Positions 10,521-20,600 of a DNA stretch of 64,000 nt are shown here, piece after piece; within the stretch, counting starts at the first letter, position 1, and every line of letters starts with the position of its first letter. The stretch is taken from assembly GCA_028288485.1 (NCBI GenBank), contig JAQBNO010000174.1, positions 59,955-123,954 of the forward strand, written 5' to 3'. The notes below the pieces were generated by a model, which searched no databases, had not been told where the DNA came from, and saw only the letters and a list, made by a program, of their open reading frames with translations. The position numbers and the translations under genes were made by a program. The stretch is from Segetibacter sp. (GTDB taxonomy: Bacteria > Bacteroidota > Bacteroidia > Chitinophagales > Chitinophagaceae).

Positions 10521-11121
10521 TTAGCAGCTGTTATAATTGTTTTTTTTACTGTATTCCGATTGTACTTCAAAAAAGCATTTAGGATCGGCGCCGTTTTCTG
10601 CATCCCCAAAATAAAACAAACTTCTAATAGCAAGCATAGCAGTAGCATCTGTATATTTTTCTAAAAAGAAATTAATTAAGTCAGGAAGTGGATGATGTGA
10701 TGAAGCATCAAACAATATAAATCAATGAAATCTCTTTTTCCTCCTCTTGGGGTTGTAGCTGATATTTTCATTGCTGCTATATCTGCTAAAGACGCCCTTC
10801 TTATATTTTACCGAGCTATTATTTCTCCGATTATTTTTGATGGCTGAAATACAAAATCTGTTTTTATATCTTCGATGTCCACTAAAACACAAGGTTCATT
10901 TGATGCCGGATGGAAATGTGATAATCAACTCTTAAGGCATGTAGTAATGAATCTGTATCGAAACGGTCATTAATAAACAAGTGAATGTTCGTAGAGGTTC
11001 TATTTCCTAATTGTATTGCCAGAACTGTACCACATGCAACAAAATCTTTTATGTAATGTTTAGGCTGTAACGATTGTATCAGAGATAAGGTATTTGATAA
11101 AACTGTTTGTGCGTGTAGTAA
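10521..11121 (-). pseudogene. AbiEii/AbiGii-family nucleotidyltransferase toxin gene, frameshifted
   Basis: Three frames carry consecutive family-like blocks. These are LLHAQTVLSNT..DFVACGTVLAIQLGNRTSTNIHLF.., then EPCVLVDIEDIKTDFVF..IIAR*NIRRASLADIAAMKISATTPRGGKRDFIDLYCL, then ..HHPLPDLINFFLEKY... There is no ATG, one in-frame TAA and at least 2 frameshifts. Confidence 0.6.
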
Positions 11122-11384
11122 TTCCGGTTCTCTATAGGTATATCAAAATAGCCACCTATAGAATACATTGTTTTTCCACTGAACGATCTTGCCTTTTTTA
11201 CATTATCTATCACAACATCTCTTCCGTAGAATTCAACCATTTCTTTAAATTCATTCCATGAACCTCTTTCAATCACACTTCCTATTATAGGCTGCTTATG
11301 TTTTACAGTATCGATACTTTTAACCTCGGTGTCGCAGAAAAGATGTTTGTCCGACAGAAGTTTCATGTTTTTCTTTACATGCAA
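11079..11384 (-). CDS. DUF6922-like small protein (commonly the upstream partner of AbiEii-type nucleotidyltransferases)
   Basis: 101 aa. LFCDTEVKSIDTVKHKQPII.SVIERGSWNEFKEMVEFYG pattern. The gene sits directly upstream of, and overlaps, the decayed NTase gene. Confidence 0.55.
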   Translation of the reverse strand: MHVKKNMKLLSDKHLFCDTEVKSIDTVKHKQPIIGSVIERGSWNEFKEMVEFYGRDVVIDNVKKARSFSGKTMYSIGGYFDIPIENRNYYTHKQFYQIPYL

Positions 11385-11429
11385 TTTACTAATTTCTGAA
11401 CTGCTATTCCTGATAAAACAGCGATTAAC

Positions 11430-12362
11430 TTATACTTGAAAGCTATCCGCTTCCCTATACGCTTGTATCAGTGCCAGTTCGCCTTCTTTTCCATCTTTTG
11501 ATTTACCGTGTTCCATTCCGTATACTCCCCGGTAGCCTTTTTTATAAAGATGTTTGATAACATTTTTGTAATTCACTTCTCCGGTTCCTGGCTCTTTTCT
11601 TCCCGGATTATCACCTATCTGTATGTAGGCTATTTCGTCCCAACATAAATCTATGTTTTTTATCAGGTCTCCCTCGTTACGTTGCATGTGATAGATGTCG
11701 AAAAGAATTTTACAAGAGGGACTATTTACGGCCTTACAAATCATAAACGTCTGGTTTGAGTGCCGCAGAAAGAGGTCGGGATTATCACTTAGTGGTTCCA
11801 ATACCATTGTTAGTCCCGCCGGTTGCAGGATTTCGCATCCTTTCCGTAACGCGTCAATTACATGAGCAGTTTGCATGTCCATTGGAAGCTTTCTTTCAAA
11901 ATAACCGGGTACTCCCGTTGCCCACTTTGCATTCACCCGTTTGGCCGTTTCTACTGACCGGCGACACGTATCCACAAATTTATCTGCAAACTCCTTTTTC
12001 CCCGACGTAAGAGAAACTTTCCAGTTATCTCCTCCGTCGATGACAAATACTCCCATTCTCATTCCCAGCCTGTCGAGTTCCTTTCCGATTTTTTCCTGTA
12101 CATCAACAGGTCTTCCCAGCAAGCCGTTATCTTCGAGGCTTCTGAAACCCTGGTCTGCCATATATTTCAACTGGTCAATCAGGTCTTTCCCTGCATGATT
12201 CTCAAACATGCCGAAATGCGGAGCATAATCGGCATTGAAAGTTTTACCGGCTTTATTGCCCGAGGCTTCTATATTTTTAGTTCCGGCTATGACAGGAAGA
12301 GTGCCGGTTAATGCAGCAGCACTTCCTAAAAGGCCGCGGTGAAGAAATTTTCTTCTTTCCAT
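11430..12362 (-). CDS. Tat-exported xylose-isomerase-like TIM-barrel protein (hydroxypyruvate isomerase / sugar-phosphate isomerase family)
   Basis: 310 aa with twin-arginine signal MERRKFLHRGLLGSAAALTG. TIM-barrel family pattern ..VLEPLS.., HMQRNEGDL. Confidence 0.75.
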   Translation of the reverse strand: MERRKFLHRGLLGSAAALTGTLPVIAGTKNIEASGNKAGKTFNADYAPHFGMFENHAGKDLIDQLKYMADQGFRSLEDNGLLGRPVDVQEKIGKELDRLGMRMGVFVIDGGDNWKVSLTSGKKEFADKFVDTCRRSVETAKRVNAKWATGVPGYFERKLPMDMQTAHVIDALRKGCEILQPAGLTMVLEPLSDNPDLFLRHSNQTFMICKAVNSPSCKILFDIYHMQRNEGDLIKNIDLCWDEIAYIQIGDNPGRKEPGTGEVNYKNVIKHLYKKGYRGVYGMEHGKSKDGKEGELALIQAYREADSFQV

Positions 12363-12423
12363 GGTAACAATCGTTTTAGAGTTTTAAAAACCTATAAATT
12401 TAGAAGCTTAAAAGTAATCATGC

Positions 12424-13458
12424 ATGTTGAAAAAAAATGCAATAATGTTTTTATTTGTTACCATGTGCTGTATAGCGAACGGTCAATATAAAAAGTTTGC
12501 TTTTCAAAAACCCAAGATGGGATCACCTTTTAATATAGTGATTTATAGCACTGATTCTGTTCCTGCTGCAAAAGCCGCCAAGCATGCCTTTCGCATGATT
12601 GATACTCTTAACGAAATTTACAGTGACTACCTGCCGACAAGCGAGTTGAACAGGTTGTGCGCTACCTCAGGCACAGGTAAGTGGGTAAAAGTATCTGAAC
12701 CGCTATTTACGATTTTACAAAAGGCAAGATTTGCAAGCCAGGTTAGTTTAGGAAGCTTTGATGTAACAATGAGCCCGGTTATCAGGCTTTGGCGAACGGC
12801 ACGAAAGGAAAAAAGATTGCCTGCGAAAGATAGTTTACTTGAAGCTATGAAAAAAGTGGGGTATAAACTGGTTGAAATCGATACAGTTCAAAAGGCCGTT
12901 CGGTTACAGAAAACGGGAATACAGTTAGACCTTGGAGGAATTGCGAAAGGAGAAACTGCGCAACGGGTATACAGTCGTTTATCCGGGTTAGGCTTCCCGT
13001 GTTCGTTGGTAGATGCCGGTGGCGATATTGTTGCAGGTGAGGTTCCAGCGGGCTTGCCAGGGTGGAGAGTAGCCATAAACCTCCCTGAGTCGGAAGAGTT
13101 GATGAACCAGCAACTATTGCTTCGAAACAAAGCTGTTACTACTTCAGGCGATCTTTACCAATACCTGGAACTGGATGGTGTACGCTATTCCCATATTATT
13201 GACCCCTTAACCGGCCGGGCATTAACTAATACCCGGAATGTGACGGTAATATCGGGTGACGGTACTACTGCAGACTGGCTGACAAAGGCTTGCAGTATTT
13301 TACCAGTGAAAAAAGCCCTGAAACTGGTAAAAAGATTTCCATCAACCGAGGTTCAGATAGCAGTACTGGAAAATAACATACCGGTTTTTTATCGCTCGCC
13401 TGGCTTTACCAAGTACTTTCAGCCAATAAAAAATTTAGAAAAACTAAGTTCTAAATAG
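12424..13458 (+). CDS. apbE: FAD:protein FMN transferase (ApbE family)
   Basis: 344 aa with a signal peptide. Motifs FDVTMSPVIRLW, LDLGGIAKG, VTTSGDLYQY and HIIDPLTG. Confidence 0.85.
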   Translation: MLKKNAIMFLFVTMCCIANGQYKKFAFQKPKMGSPFNIVIYSTDSVPAAKAAKHAFRMIDTLNEIYSDYLPTSELNRLCATSGTGKWVKVSEPLFTILQKARFASQVSLGSFDVTMSPVIRLWRTARKEKRLPAKDSLLEAMKKVGYKLVEIDTVQKAVRLQKTGIQLDLGGIAKGETAQRVYSRLSGLGFPCSLVDAGGDIVAGEVPAGLPGWRVAINLPESEELMNQQLLLRNKAVTTSGDLYQYLELDGVRYSHIIDPLTGRALTNTRNVTVISGDGTTADWLTKACSILPVKKALKLVKRFPSTEVQIAVLENNIPVFYRSPGFTKYFQPIKNLEKLSSK

Positions 13459-13505
13459 CGAACTTTAGACATCCTTTGTAAAAAGCCCCCGACGAGTATC
13501 AATAA

Positions 13506-13559
13506 GTATAAGTGAGTGACACCCGTCCGAACGGTGGTTCATCCAGGCCGACAACGATG
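13506..13559 (-). repeat. core-A repeat copy split by a 30-nt insert
   Basis: The reverse complement reads catcgttg-[tcggcctggatgaaccaccgttcggacgg]-gtgtcactcacttatac. Confidence 0.6.
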
Positions 13560-13730
13560 TCTGATAACGAAATTTTGCTTGGTACAAAAAGAATCTTTTC
13601 CTTTTTTTTGTAATTCAATCCTGAAGCCAGGTAATATAATTTTCTTAACAAGAATAGAAGGAATAATTGATATATTTGAAAATAATTTAAAGTAAGATAA
13701 GTGCCTGGCGGCGACTTTATAAAATGCCAT

Positions 13731-14711
13731 ATGATTATAAAGACCTTTTTTTGTTTTTCTCTCCTGGTGTTCCTCAATATTTCATTATCCCATCAAGTAA
13801 ATGGGCAGGCTGCGGCCGATTCTTTTGGTATTTACAATCAAACTATTACAGGTTCTGACGTTCAGTTTAAGATGGTTCCTATTAAAGCTGGCACATTTAA
13901 AATGGGCAGTCCCGCAAACGAAAAAGGCCGGAAAGATCATGAAGGCCCCGCAAAAGATGTTTCAGTTTCTTCGTTTTGGATGGGTGCTCATGAGGTGACC
14001 TACGATGAGTATGACGCATTTTTTAAAGATGAGGAATTTGCAAGGAACCAAACGACCGATGCTATCACAAGACCAAGTCCTCCCTACATCGATCTTACTT
14101 TAGGAATGGGAAAGCAAGGCGGGTTCCCGGCCAATAGTATGTCGCAGTACGGTGCTTTAATGTATTGCCGCTGGCTATATAAAAAAACCGGTATTTTTTA
14201 CAGGTTACCTACCGAAGCAGAATGGGAATACGCATGCAGAGCCGGAAGTAATACCACATATCCATTTGGCGACGATACCACCGGATTAAGTAATTTTGCA
14301 TGGTACAAAAGTAACAGCGACAATAGGTATCATAAAACCGGTCTGAAAGCGCCTAATAAATGGGGTTTATACGATATACTTGGAAATGTAACGGAATGGA
14401 CTTTGGATCAATACGAAGATGACTATTTTACCCGGCTAGAAACCCCAGCAAAAGATCCCTTAATTAAACGAACAGCCCGGCATCCGCGTACTTTGAAGGG
14501 CGGAAATTACCAGGATGCAGCAGAAGATGTACGTCCCGCTGGCAGGCTGAAGTCGAGCCTGGAGTGGAACAACCGTGATCCTCAAATACCTAGAAGCAGG
14601 TGGTGGAATGCCGACGCACCCTTTGTAGGTTTCCGTGTTGTAAGGCCGGTAAAACAGCCTGCTGAAAACGAGGTAAACGAATTCTTTGCCACTTATCTAG
14701 ACAACTATTAA
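13731..14711 (+). CDS. formylglycine-generating-enzyme (SUMF1/FGE) family protein, secreted
   Basis: Start moved to the internal Met (MIIKTFFCFSLLVFL.. signal peptide). Motifs FWMGAHEVTYDEYDAF, RLPTEAEWEYACRAGS, GLYDILGNVTEW and GFRVVRP. Confidence 0.8.
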   Translation: MIIKTFFCFSLLVFLNISLSHQVNGQAAADSFGIYNQTITGSDVQFKMVPIKAGTFKMGSPANEKGRKDHEGPAKDVSVSSFWMGAHEVTYDEYDAFFKDEEFARNQTTDAITRPSPPYIDLTLGMGKQGGFPANSMSQYGALMYCRWLYKKTGIFYRLPTEAEWEYACRAGSNTTYPFGDDTTGLSNFAWYKSNSDNRYHKTGLKAPNKWGLYDILGNVTEWTLDQYEDDYFTRLETPAKDPLIKRTARHPRTLKGGNYQDAAEDVRPAGRLKSSLEWNNRDPQIPRSRWWNADAPFVGFRVVRPVKQPAENEVNEFFATYLDNY

Positions 14712-14756
14712 AAAATTCACTTAAGTCATATCTTTCTCTAACGTAAAAATTGCAAT

Positions 14757-16100
14757 ATGAATAAAGAAAACAGGAACGAGCAATCCCGCCGGGATTTTGT
14801 AAAACAAACTGCACTTGCTGCAGGGGGATTAATGGCTATGCCTATTTTTTCAAAGGCCAATTACTTTTCTGGTTCCGACGATGTAATTAAAGTAGCGGTT
14901 GTGGGTTGCGGCGGCAGGGGAACAGGTGCCGCAGTTCAGGCGTTGAGCACCAGGCAAAATGTACAGATCGTAGCTATGGCCGATGCTTTTCGCGATCGTC
15001 TTGATGGAAGTTATAAAAACATCATGGAGGACCTGAAGGAGAATGGTATGGAGAAGCGTCTTAACGTAAAAGAAGAGAATAAATTTGTCGGTTTTGATGC
15101 TTATAAACAGGCTATTCCTTTGGCTGATGTAGTTATATTGGCTACACCTCCCGGTTTCCGTCCCATACATTTTGAAGAAGCTATCAGGCTGAATAAACAT
15201 GTTTTTATGGAAAAGCCTGTAGCTACCGATCCGGCAGGCATTCAAAAGGTATTGGCAGTGGCACAGGAGGCTAAAAGAAAGAAATTGAATGTTGTTGTGG
15301 GCCTTCAACGTCGTTACCAGACCTCGTACCTGGAGTTGATGAAGCGGGTTAAAGATGGTAAGATCGGCGACATCGTATCTGCACAGGCCTGGTGGAATAA
15401 CGATGGTGTTTGGGTTAGACCCCGTAAGCCAGGTATGACCGAAATGGAATACCAGATGCGAAACTGGTACTACTTCAACTGGTTGTGCGGCGACCATATA
15501 ACAGAACAGCACGTGCATAATATAGATGTAATTAACTGGGCGCTGGAAGACTACCCTGTAAGCGCACAAGGTATGGGCGGGCGTGAGGTTCGAAAAGGAA
15601 AAGATCACGGAGAAATTTTTGATCATCACTTTGTAGAATTTCAGTATGCTAACGGTGTGATCTTAAACAGCCAGTGCCGCCACCAGAAAGGCACAATGAG
15701 CAAGGTAGATGAATTAATTTGCGGAACTAAGGGCAAGGTGTTTTTCGACCAGGCTCGTATTACCGATCTGAAAGGAAATGTGATCTACCAGTTCGATAAG
15801 AAAAAGGAAAACCGGCCATACCAGGCAGAACATGATGAACTTTTTGCGGCAATCGCGAAGGGCGAATATAAGTTTTGGGATACTGAACGTGGCGCAAAGA
15901 GTACCATGACTTCCATTTTAGGAAGAATGGCCACTTATTCAGGACAGGAAATTGCCTGGGAAAAGGCGATCAATTCAGGAGTTAACCTGCAGCCTGCCAC
16001 TTACGCCTGGGATGCAAAAATGCCCAACATGCCCAATAGCGACGGTCTTTATGCCGTTGCCGTGCCAGGGGTTACAAAGTTTGACCTGGCGGTAAAGTAA
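14757..16100 (+). CDS. Tat-exported Gfo/Idh/MocA-family oxidoreductase
   Basis: 447 aa with twin-arginine signal SRRDFVKQTALAAGG and Rossmann motif VAVVGCGGRGTGA. Confidence 0.85.
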   Translation: MNKENRNEQSRRDFVKQTALAAGGLMAMPIFSKANYFSGSDDVIKVAVVGCGGRGTGAAVQALSTRQNVQIVAMADAFRDRLDGSYKNIMEDLKENGMEKRLNVKEENKFVGFDAYKQAIPLADVVILATPPGFRPIHFEEAIRLNKHVFMEKPVATDPAGIQKVLAVAQEAKRKKLNVVVGLQRRYQTSYLELMKRVKDGKIGDIVSAQAWWNNDGVWVRPRKPGMTEMEYQMRNWYYFNWLCGDHITEQHVHNIDVINWALEDYPVSAQGMGGREVRKGKDHGEIFDHHFVEFQYANGVILNSQCRHQKGTMSKVDELICGTKGKVFFDQARITDLKGNVIYQFDKKKENRPYQAEHDELFAAIAKGEYKFWDTERGAKSTMTSILGRMATYSGQEIAWEKAINSGVNLQPATYAWDAKMPNMPNSDGLYAVAVPGVTKFDLAVK

Positions 16101-16140
16101 GTCACAGGTACTACCCGAAGTAAGTCGATAGAATTATAAA

Positions 16141-16180
16141 ACAGCCTCTCTCTTGAAAAAAGCAGGAGAGGGGCTGTTTC
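16141..16180. terminator. imperfect hairpin between convergent genes
   Basis: acagcctctctc..aggagaggggctgttt lies between the 3' ends of 14757..16100 (+) and 16326..17642 (-). Confidence 0.45.
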
Positions 16181-16276
16181 AGTTATAGGATTTTATATCT
16201 TGTTACTTTTTAAAAACTGTACGGGTATGAAAGCAGGAAGGATGCTTTGTTAGCGGGCAGACCATCTTTTTTTAGC

Positions 16277-16299
16277 ATTGTTGTGTCACTCACTTGTAC
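16277..16299 (+). repeat. core-A repeat copy
   Basis: cattgttgtgtcactcacttgtac, identical to 58427..58449. Confidence 0.75.
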
Positions 16300-16325
16300 G
16301 GCAAACCTTTATTCAGCTTCCAAAG

Positions 16326-17642
16326 TTATGTTTTCTTCATTTTCCCTAAAACCCAGTTGCCTACACTTAGCCCCTGTTCTCTTCCGTTGTCAATAGCATC
16401 CATAAAATGAATTCCCCCGTAAAACCTTGAAATACCAGCTTCAATAGCTGCTTCCTGGAACGACTTAAAACTCCTGGCAGGTAAGCCATATCTTACTTCT
16501 ACGGTGTCAGTATATTTAAAATTATCTCCAAAATAATGGCTGAGTATTGTAGCCGAAGATGCAGAGATGGTAGAATGCCCGCTTAAGTATTCAGGGAAAG
16601 GAGGTGTTTGTAATAAAGGGCTCCATGTGGCATCTATATATTTCCTGATCGCGGTTTCCGGACGAATACGATTGCTCCGGTATTTTTCATCCCAGCAACA
16701 GATAAACGCATCCATTAAACCGACCGACACTAAAGTGTAAATCTGCATAGATTCCTCGAAGTTCTTTTTGGCTTTGTTACAGGCAATGCCTGTAATGCCC
16801 AACCAATGAGCACCTGGCGAAATCTTTTTCAGACCTACTAACAGGTGCCCGTTATCCTGCACAGCAAAAGGATTACAATCCCAGAAAGCAGCAATTGCAC
16901 GGTGTTCTTCGGGTAGTGTCTCCTTATAATTCAATAACATCTGCCTGTAAAAAGCGGAGCCGGTATCTTTTGAAAATGGAACCGGGGGTGGAGGAATAAA
17001 TTGGGTACAGGTATCTAAAGTAAATGACCTGACTGTGCTAAAATACGGTTCAATTGCCGCTATAAAAGCAGGTGGGGTGGGAAACCACATTCCTTCGCTG
17101 TTGTCTGGTGTATACCTCGGGTAATTACTGATCTTGTTATAACCGTCGGCTTTTGCATACGCCAATATTTTTTTACTTACTGCAATAGCATACTTTTTTG
17201 ATTGTTCTATAGTCTCCTCTGAAAAACCAATTTCGACGCAGGAATCCAAAAAGCGTTTTTCATATGCTTCAAACAACTTACCTGACGGCTGCATTTTCTT
17301 TGCAGTTTCCATCATAGCCAGCAAAGCACTTAACTGGTACGAATAATCTTTGATAGAGTCCGGCTTTTTAAGGTCGGGGTAATTGTTCAAAATGCCATGC
17401 ATGCTTTCGAACTTTGAATTGTTCTGTGCAACCACCTCGTAACCGGCAAGACAGGCATAAGAAAAAAAACGGGCAGCCAACGGTGGGTTGGTAACGTCGT
17501 GAACCATTAACTCTGTCATTTGAGTTATTACCGAGCTGATATCCTTATTGTCTAAAGCCTTTTCCGGACGATTTTTACAACTGGTTAATAAACAGATCAC
17601 AAGTATTGTAAAGAAGACAGGAAGCTGTAGCCATTTACACAT
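16326..17642 (-). CDS. PAP2-superfamily / vanadium-haloperoxidase-like protein, secreted
   Basis: 438 aa with a signal or lipoprotein leader (..LLTSCKN). PAP2-type motifs YRSNRIRPET, SGHSTISASSA and SRFYGGIHFMDA. Confidence 0.7.
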   Translation of the reverse strand: MCKWLQLPVFFTILVICLLTSCKNRPEKALDNKDISSVITQMTELMVHDVTNPPLAARFFSYACLAGYEVVAQNNSKFESMHGILNNYPDLKKPDSIKDYSYQLSALLAMMETAKKMQPSGKLFEAYEKRFLDSCVEIGFSEETIEQSKKYAIAVSKKILAYAKADGYNKISNYPRYTPDNSEGMWFPTPPAFIAAIEPYFSTVRSFTLDTCTQFIPPPPVPFSKDTGSAFYRQMLLNYKETLPEEHRAIAAFWDCNPFAVQDNGHLLVGLKKISPGAHWLGITGIACNKAKKNFEESMQIYTLVSVGLMDAFICCWDEKYRSNRIRPETAIRKYIDATWSPLLQTPPFPEYLSGHSTISASSATILSHYFGDNFKYTDTVEVRYGLPARSFKSFQEAAIEAGISRFYGGIHFMDAIDNGREQGLSVGNWVLGKMKKT

Positions 17643-17643
17643 T

Positions 17644-20600
17644 TTATCTTGCTTTATAGGCTTTTACGCCCTGTTGGTTAATTCCAACTAACAGTATATT
17701 GTTGATATTAAGAACACTTCTTACATCGCCCCGGATATTGAAGCCTGATTGCTTTTGGTTGATATAGGAAAAATTACCTTTTCCATCGCCTTTCAATAAG
17801 ACTCCATAATTCGCATCATACTTCCCGAAACGGAGTCGGGCATTATTGATATTGCCACAAAAGAGTAAGTCTTCCAGCCCGTCGTTATCGTAATCCATCG
17901 TTGTAATAGTATAAACTGGTGCGTATTGTACCTGGACAGGCAATTTTTTCTCCTGGAACTGGCTATTTGCTGCACTTTCCAGGTAGATTGTTTGCAGGTA
18001 GTTGGCCTTGAGATTCTTGGCTCCGGTTAATTCTTCTTCGGTAAAGATGTCTTTAAGCGTTGCATCAGCATAGCTTTTATAATCGGTAAAGCGGGTACGC
18101 ATAATACTCATCTGGTCCAGTAATTCATCGCGGCTCACGTAAGGATAACTTTTACCCTGAATATAAAAACAAAGGATCGGATCTACTGAACCATTATCGT
18201 CAAAATCTTTATACAACATCTCCGCCGGTTCTTTATCCGAAGCTTTGCATTGTGTATTGAGTCCCTGGTTTCCAATTATGAAATCAGGTTTACCATCATG
18301 ATTAAAATCACCGGTCGAAAGCTTGTTCCACCAACCGCTGTATTCTTTTGCAAAATAATCGGTGGTCCTGTTTTCGAACTTTCCGTTATTGTCGATAAAT
18401 ACTGTAATGGGCATCCATTCTCCAACGACTATCAGGTCATTTTTTTTGTCACCGTTTAGGTCTATCCACGCTGCATCTGTTACCATTCCAATTTTTTGAA
18501 GCATTGGTGCTATTGCAGTAACCTGGTCTTTAAAATGTCCTTTACCATCATTGATCAGTAAAAAACTTGCTGGTGTTTCAGGGTACCGCCCCGGAATTAC
18601 TCTTCCGCCTATGAAAAGATCGGTAAAACCATCGCCATTAATATCAGATGCCCGGACACAACTTTTACTTACACGCATTACCGGTAATGCATCTTCACTT
18701 TTTATGAAATTGGCTTTACCGTCGTTCAGGTATAACCTGTCTTGCAGCATTGCATCATCTGGTAAATAATGGTGATATCCGCCACCGGCCACATACAAAT
18801 CATTAAAGCCGTCACCATTTGCGTCAAAGAAAACTGCGTCTGCATCTTCACATGCTTTATCTGCAGCAAATGCGGCTTGCTTCTTTTCAGTGAATGCTCC
18901 ATTTTTTTGTTGCAGAAATATCGAACCTGGTTTTCCACTTCCTCCGCCGACAAAAATATCTTCCAGTCCGTCTCCGTTAGCATCTCCTTTTACTAAGCAA
19001 GGGCCGGAAAAAGAAAGCGGGTTAACGAGCAAGGGTTGACGTTTAAAATCATTGATCGGGTTAGTTGCCGGAGTAAATGCAACCGGAGGAGAGACTTCTG
19101 TAAATAAAGTTTTCATTTGCTCCGGTAATTGCTTTTTTGGTTTTGCATCTTTCTCTTGTACTGTTATAATTTGGTTAGCCTTTACTTCAGTAATGACTTG
19201 TTCCTTTCCGCTTAACCAAACTACTTTAACGGAGTCTACTTTATTCTCTTTCCCCAGCCCAAAATGAAGAGTTGTTGAAACACTCGATTGAAAGCCTTTT
19301 ATCGGGTTTTGCTCAAGGTATTGTTTTTTGCCCCGATGGAAAATAGAAACCTTTGTTCCGAAACCGTCAATGTTTTTACCTAAGCCTTGCAGCTTTACCT
19401 GGAGGTAATGATTGTTGGGTTGTTTATTTGTTTCATTCCGGTAAATAAAGGCCGGCTGATTGATGTTATTAACAACCAGGTCAAGGTCGCCATCATTATC
19501 TAAATCAGCGTATGCCGCTCCATTACTGTTTGAAGCTGAATCGGTTCCCCAGGTCTTTCCCACATCGCTAAAGGTGAGATCGCCGTTATTTCGGAATAAG
19601 TAATTCGAGACATTTGAGGAAGGCATTTTATTTACCAGTTCCATGAGGTCCGTTCTTGCTACTTGCTTATTTTGTAAATAATCGCCCATGTATTTGAGGA
19701 AGTCCATATTTGTATAATCGCGTAGGTATCCGTTTGTTACATACAGGTCTTTCCATCCATCGTTATCATAATCTGCAAACAAAGGAGCCCAGCTCCAATC
19801 GGTATTTGAAATTCCGGAAAGTTGTCCAATCTCACTAAAAGTTCCGTTTCCATTATTTATATGAAGCATATTGCTCATGAACTGGTGATAGAACCCCGAA
19901 TTAATATTTATATCTATTTTTTCATAATTGTCCGGTGCGAACAATAGTTTTTGCCGGTGATTATCTTCAGGTAGCATATCGAGGGAAAAGATGTCATTCA
20001 ACCCATCATTATTAATGTCTGAAACATCGTTGCCCATTGAAAAGAAGGATGTGTGCCCCAGGCTTTTTTGAAGTTTGTCAGTAAACGTGCCGTTTCCATT
20101 ATTGATATATAAAAAGTCGGGCTCCAGGTAGTCGTTCGAAATGTAGATGTCTTGTAATCCATCTCCATTAATATCGGCTGTTGCAGCTCCTAACCCATGC
20201 GATAATACCGTGCTTTTAATACCAGCCTGTTGTGTTACCTCATTAAAATGATCATTATCATTTCGCAGAAGTTTTAATCCGCTAACATGATCATTTTCTT
20301 TCAGCAACTCTTGAATAGTACTTTCATCGAGTGTTGTACGACGGGTAATACTATGATTTAAAAATAATACGTCGAGGTCTCCATCATTATCGTAATCAAA
20401 AAAAACGGATTGAGTTGTATATGAAGAATCGTCTAATCCATACCTCTGGGCCTGTTCAGTAAAATGAGGGACCCCATTAACGTCTGTTCCGTCATTTATA
20501 AATAGTTGCTTAACTCTTTTAGGGCCTCTTAATTTTCCGGAGTAAGAAATGTAAATATCTTTTTTACCGTCAGCATTGATGTCGACCATCGTAACGCCTG

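Noticed and set aside
13499-13777. 92-aa and 63-aa minus-strand ORFs
   Set aside because: They span an intergenic repeat copy and the promoter and start region of the FGE-like gene. They are not coding-like.
14850-15629. 259-aa ORF on the minus strand
   Set aside because: It lies entirely antisense to the well-supported Gfo/Idh/MocA oxidoreductase gene. It has no recognisable motifs, and its composition mirrors the sense gene. It is a shadow ORF.
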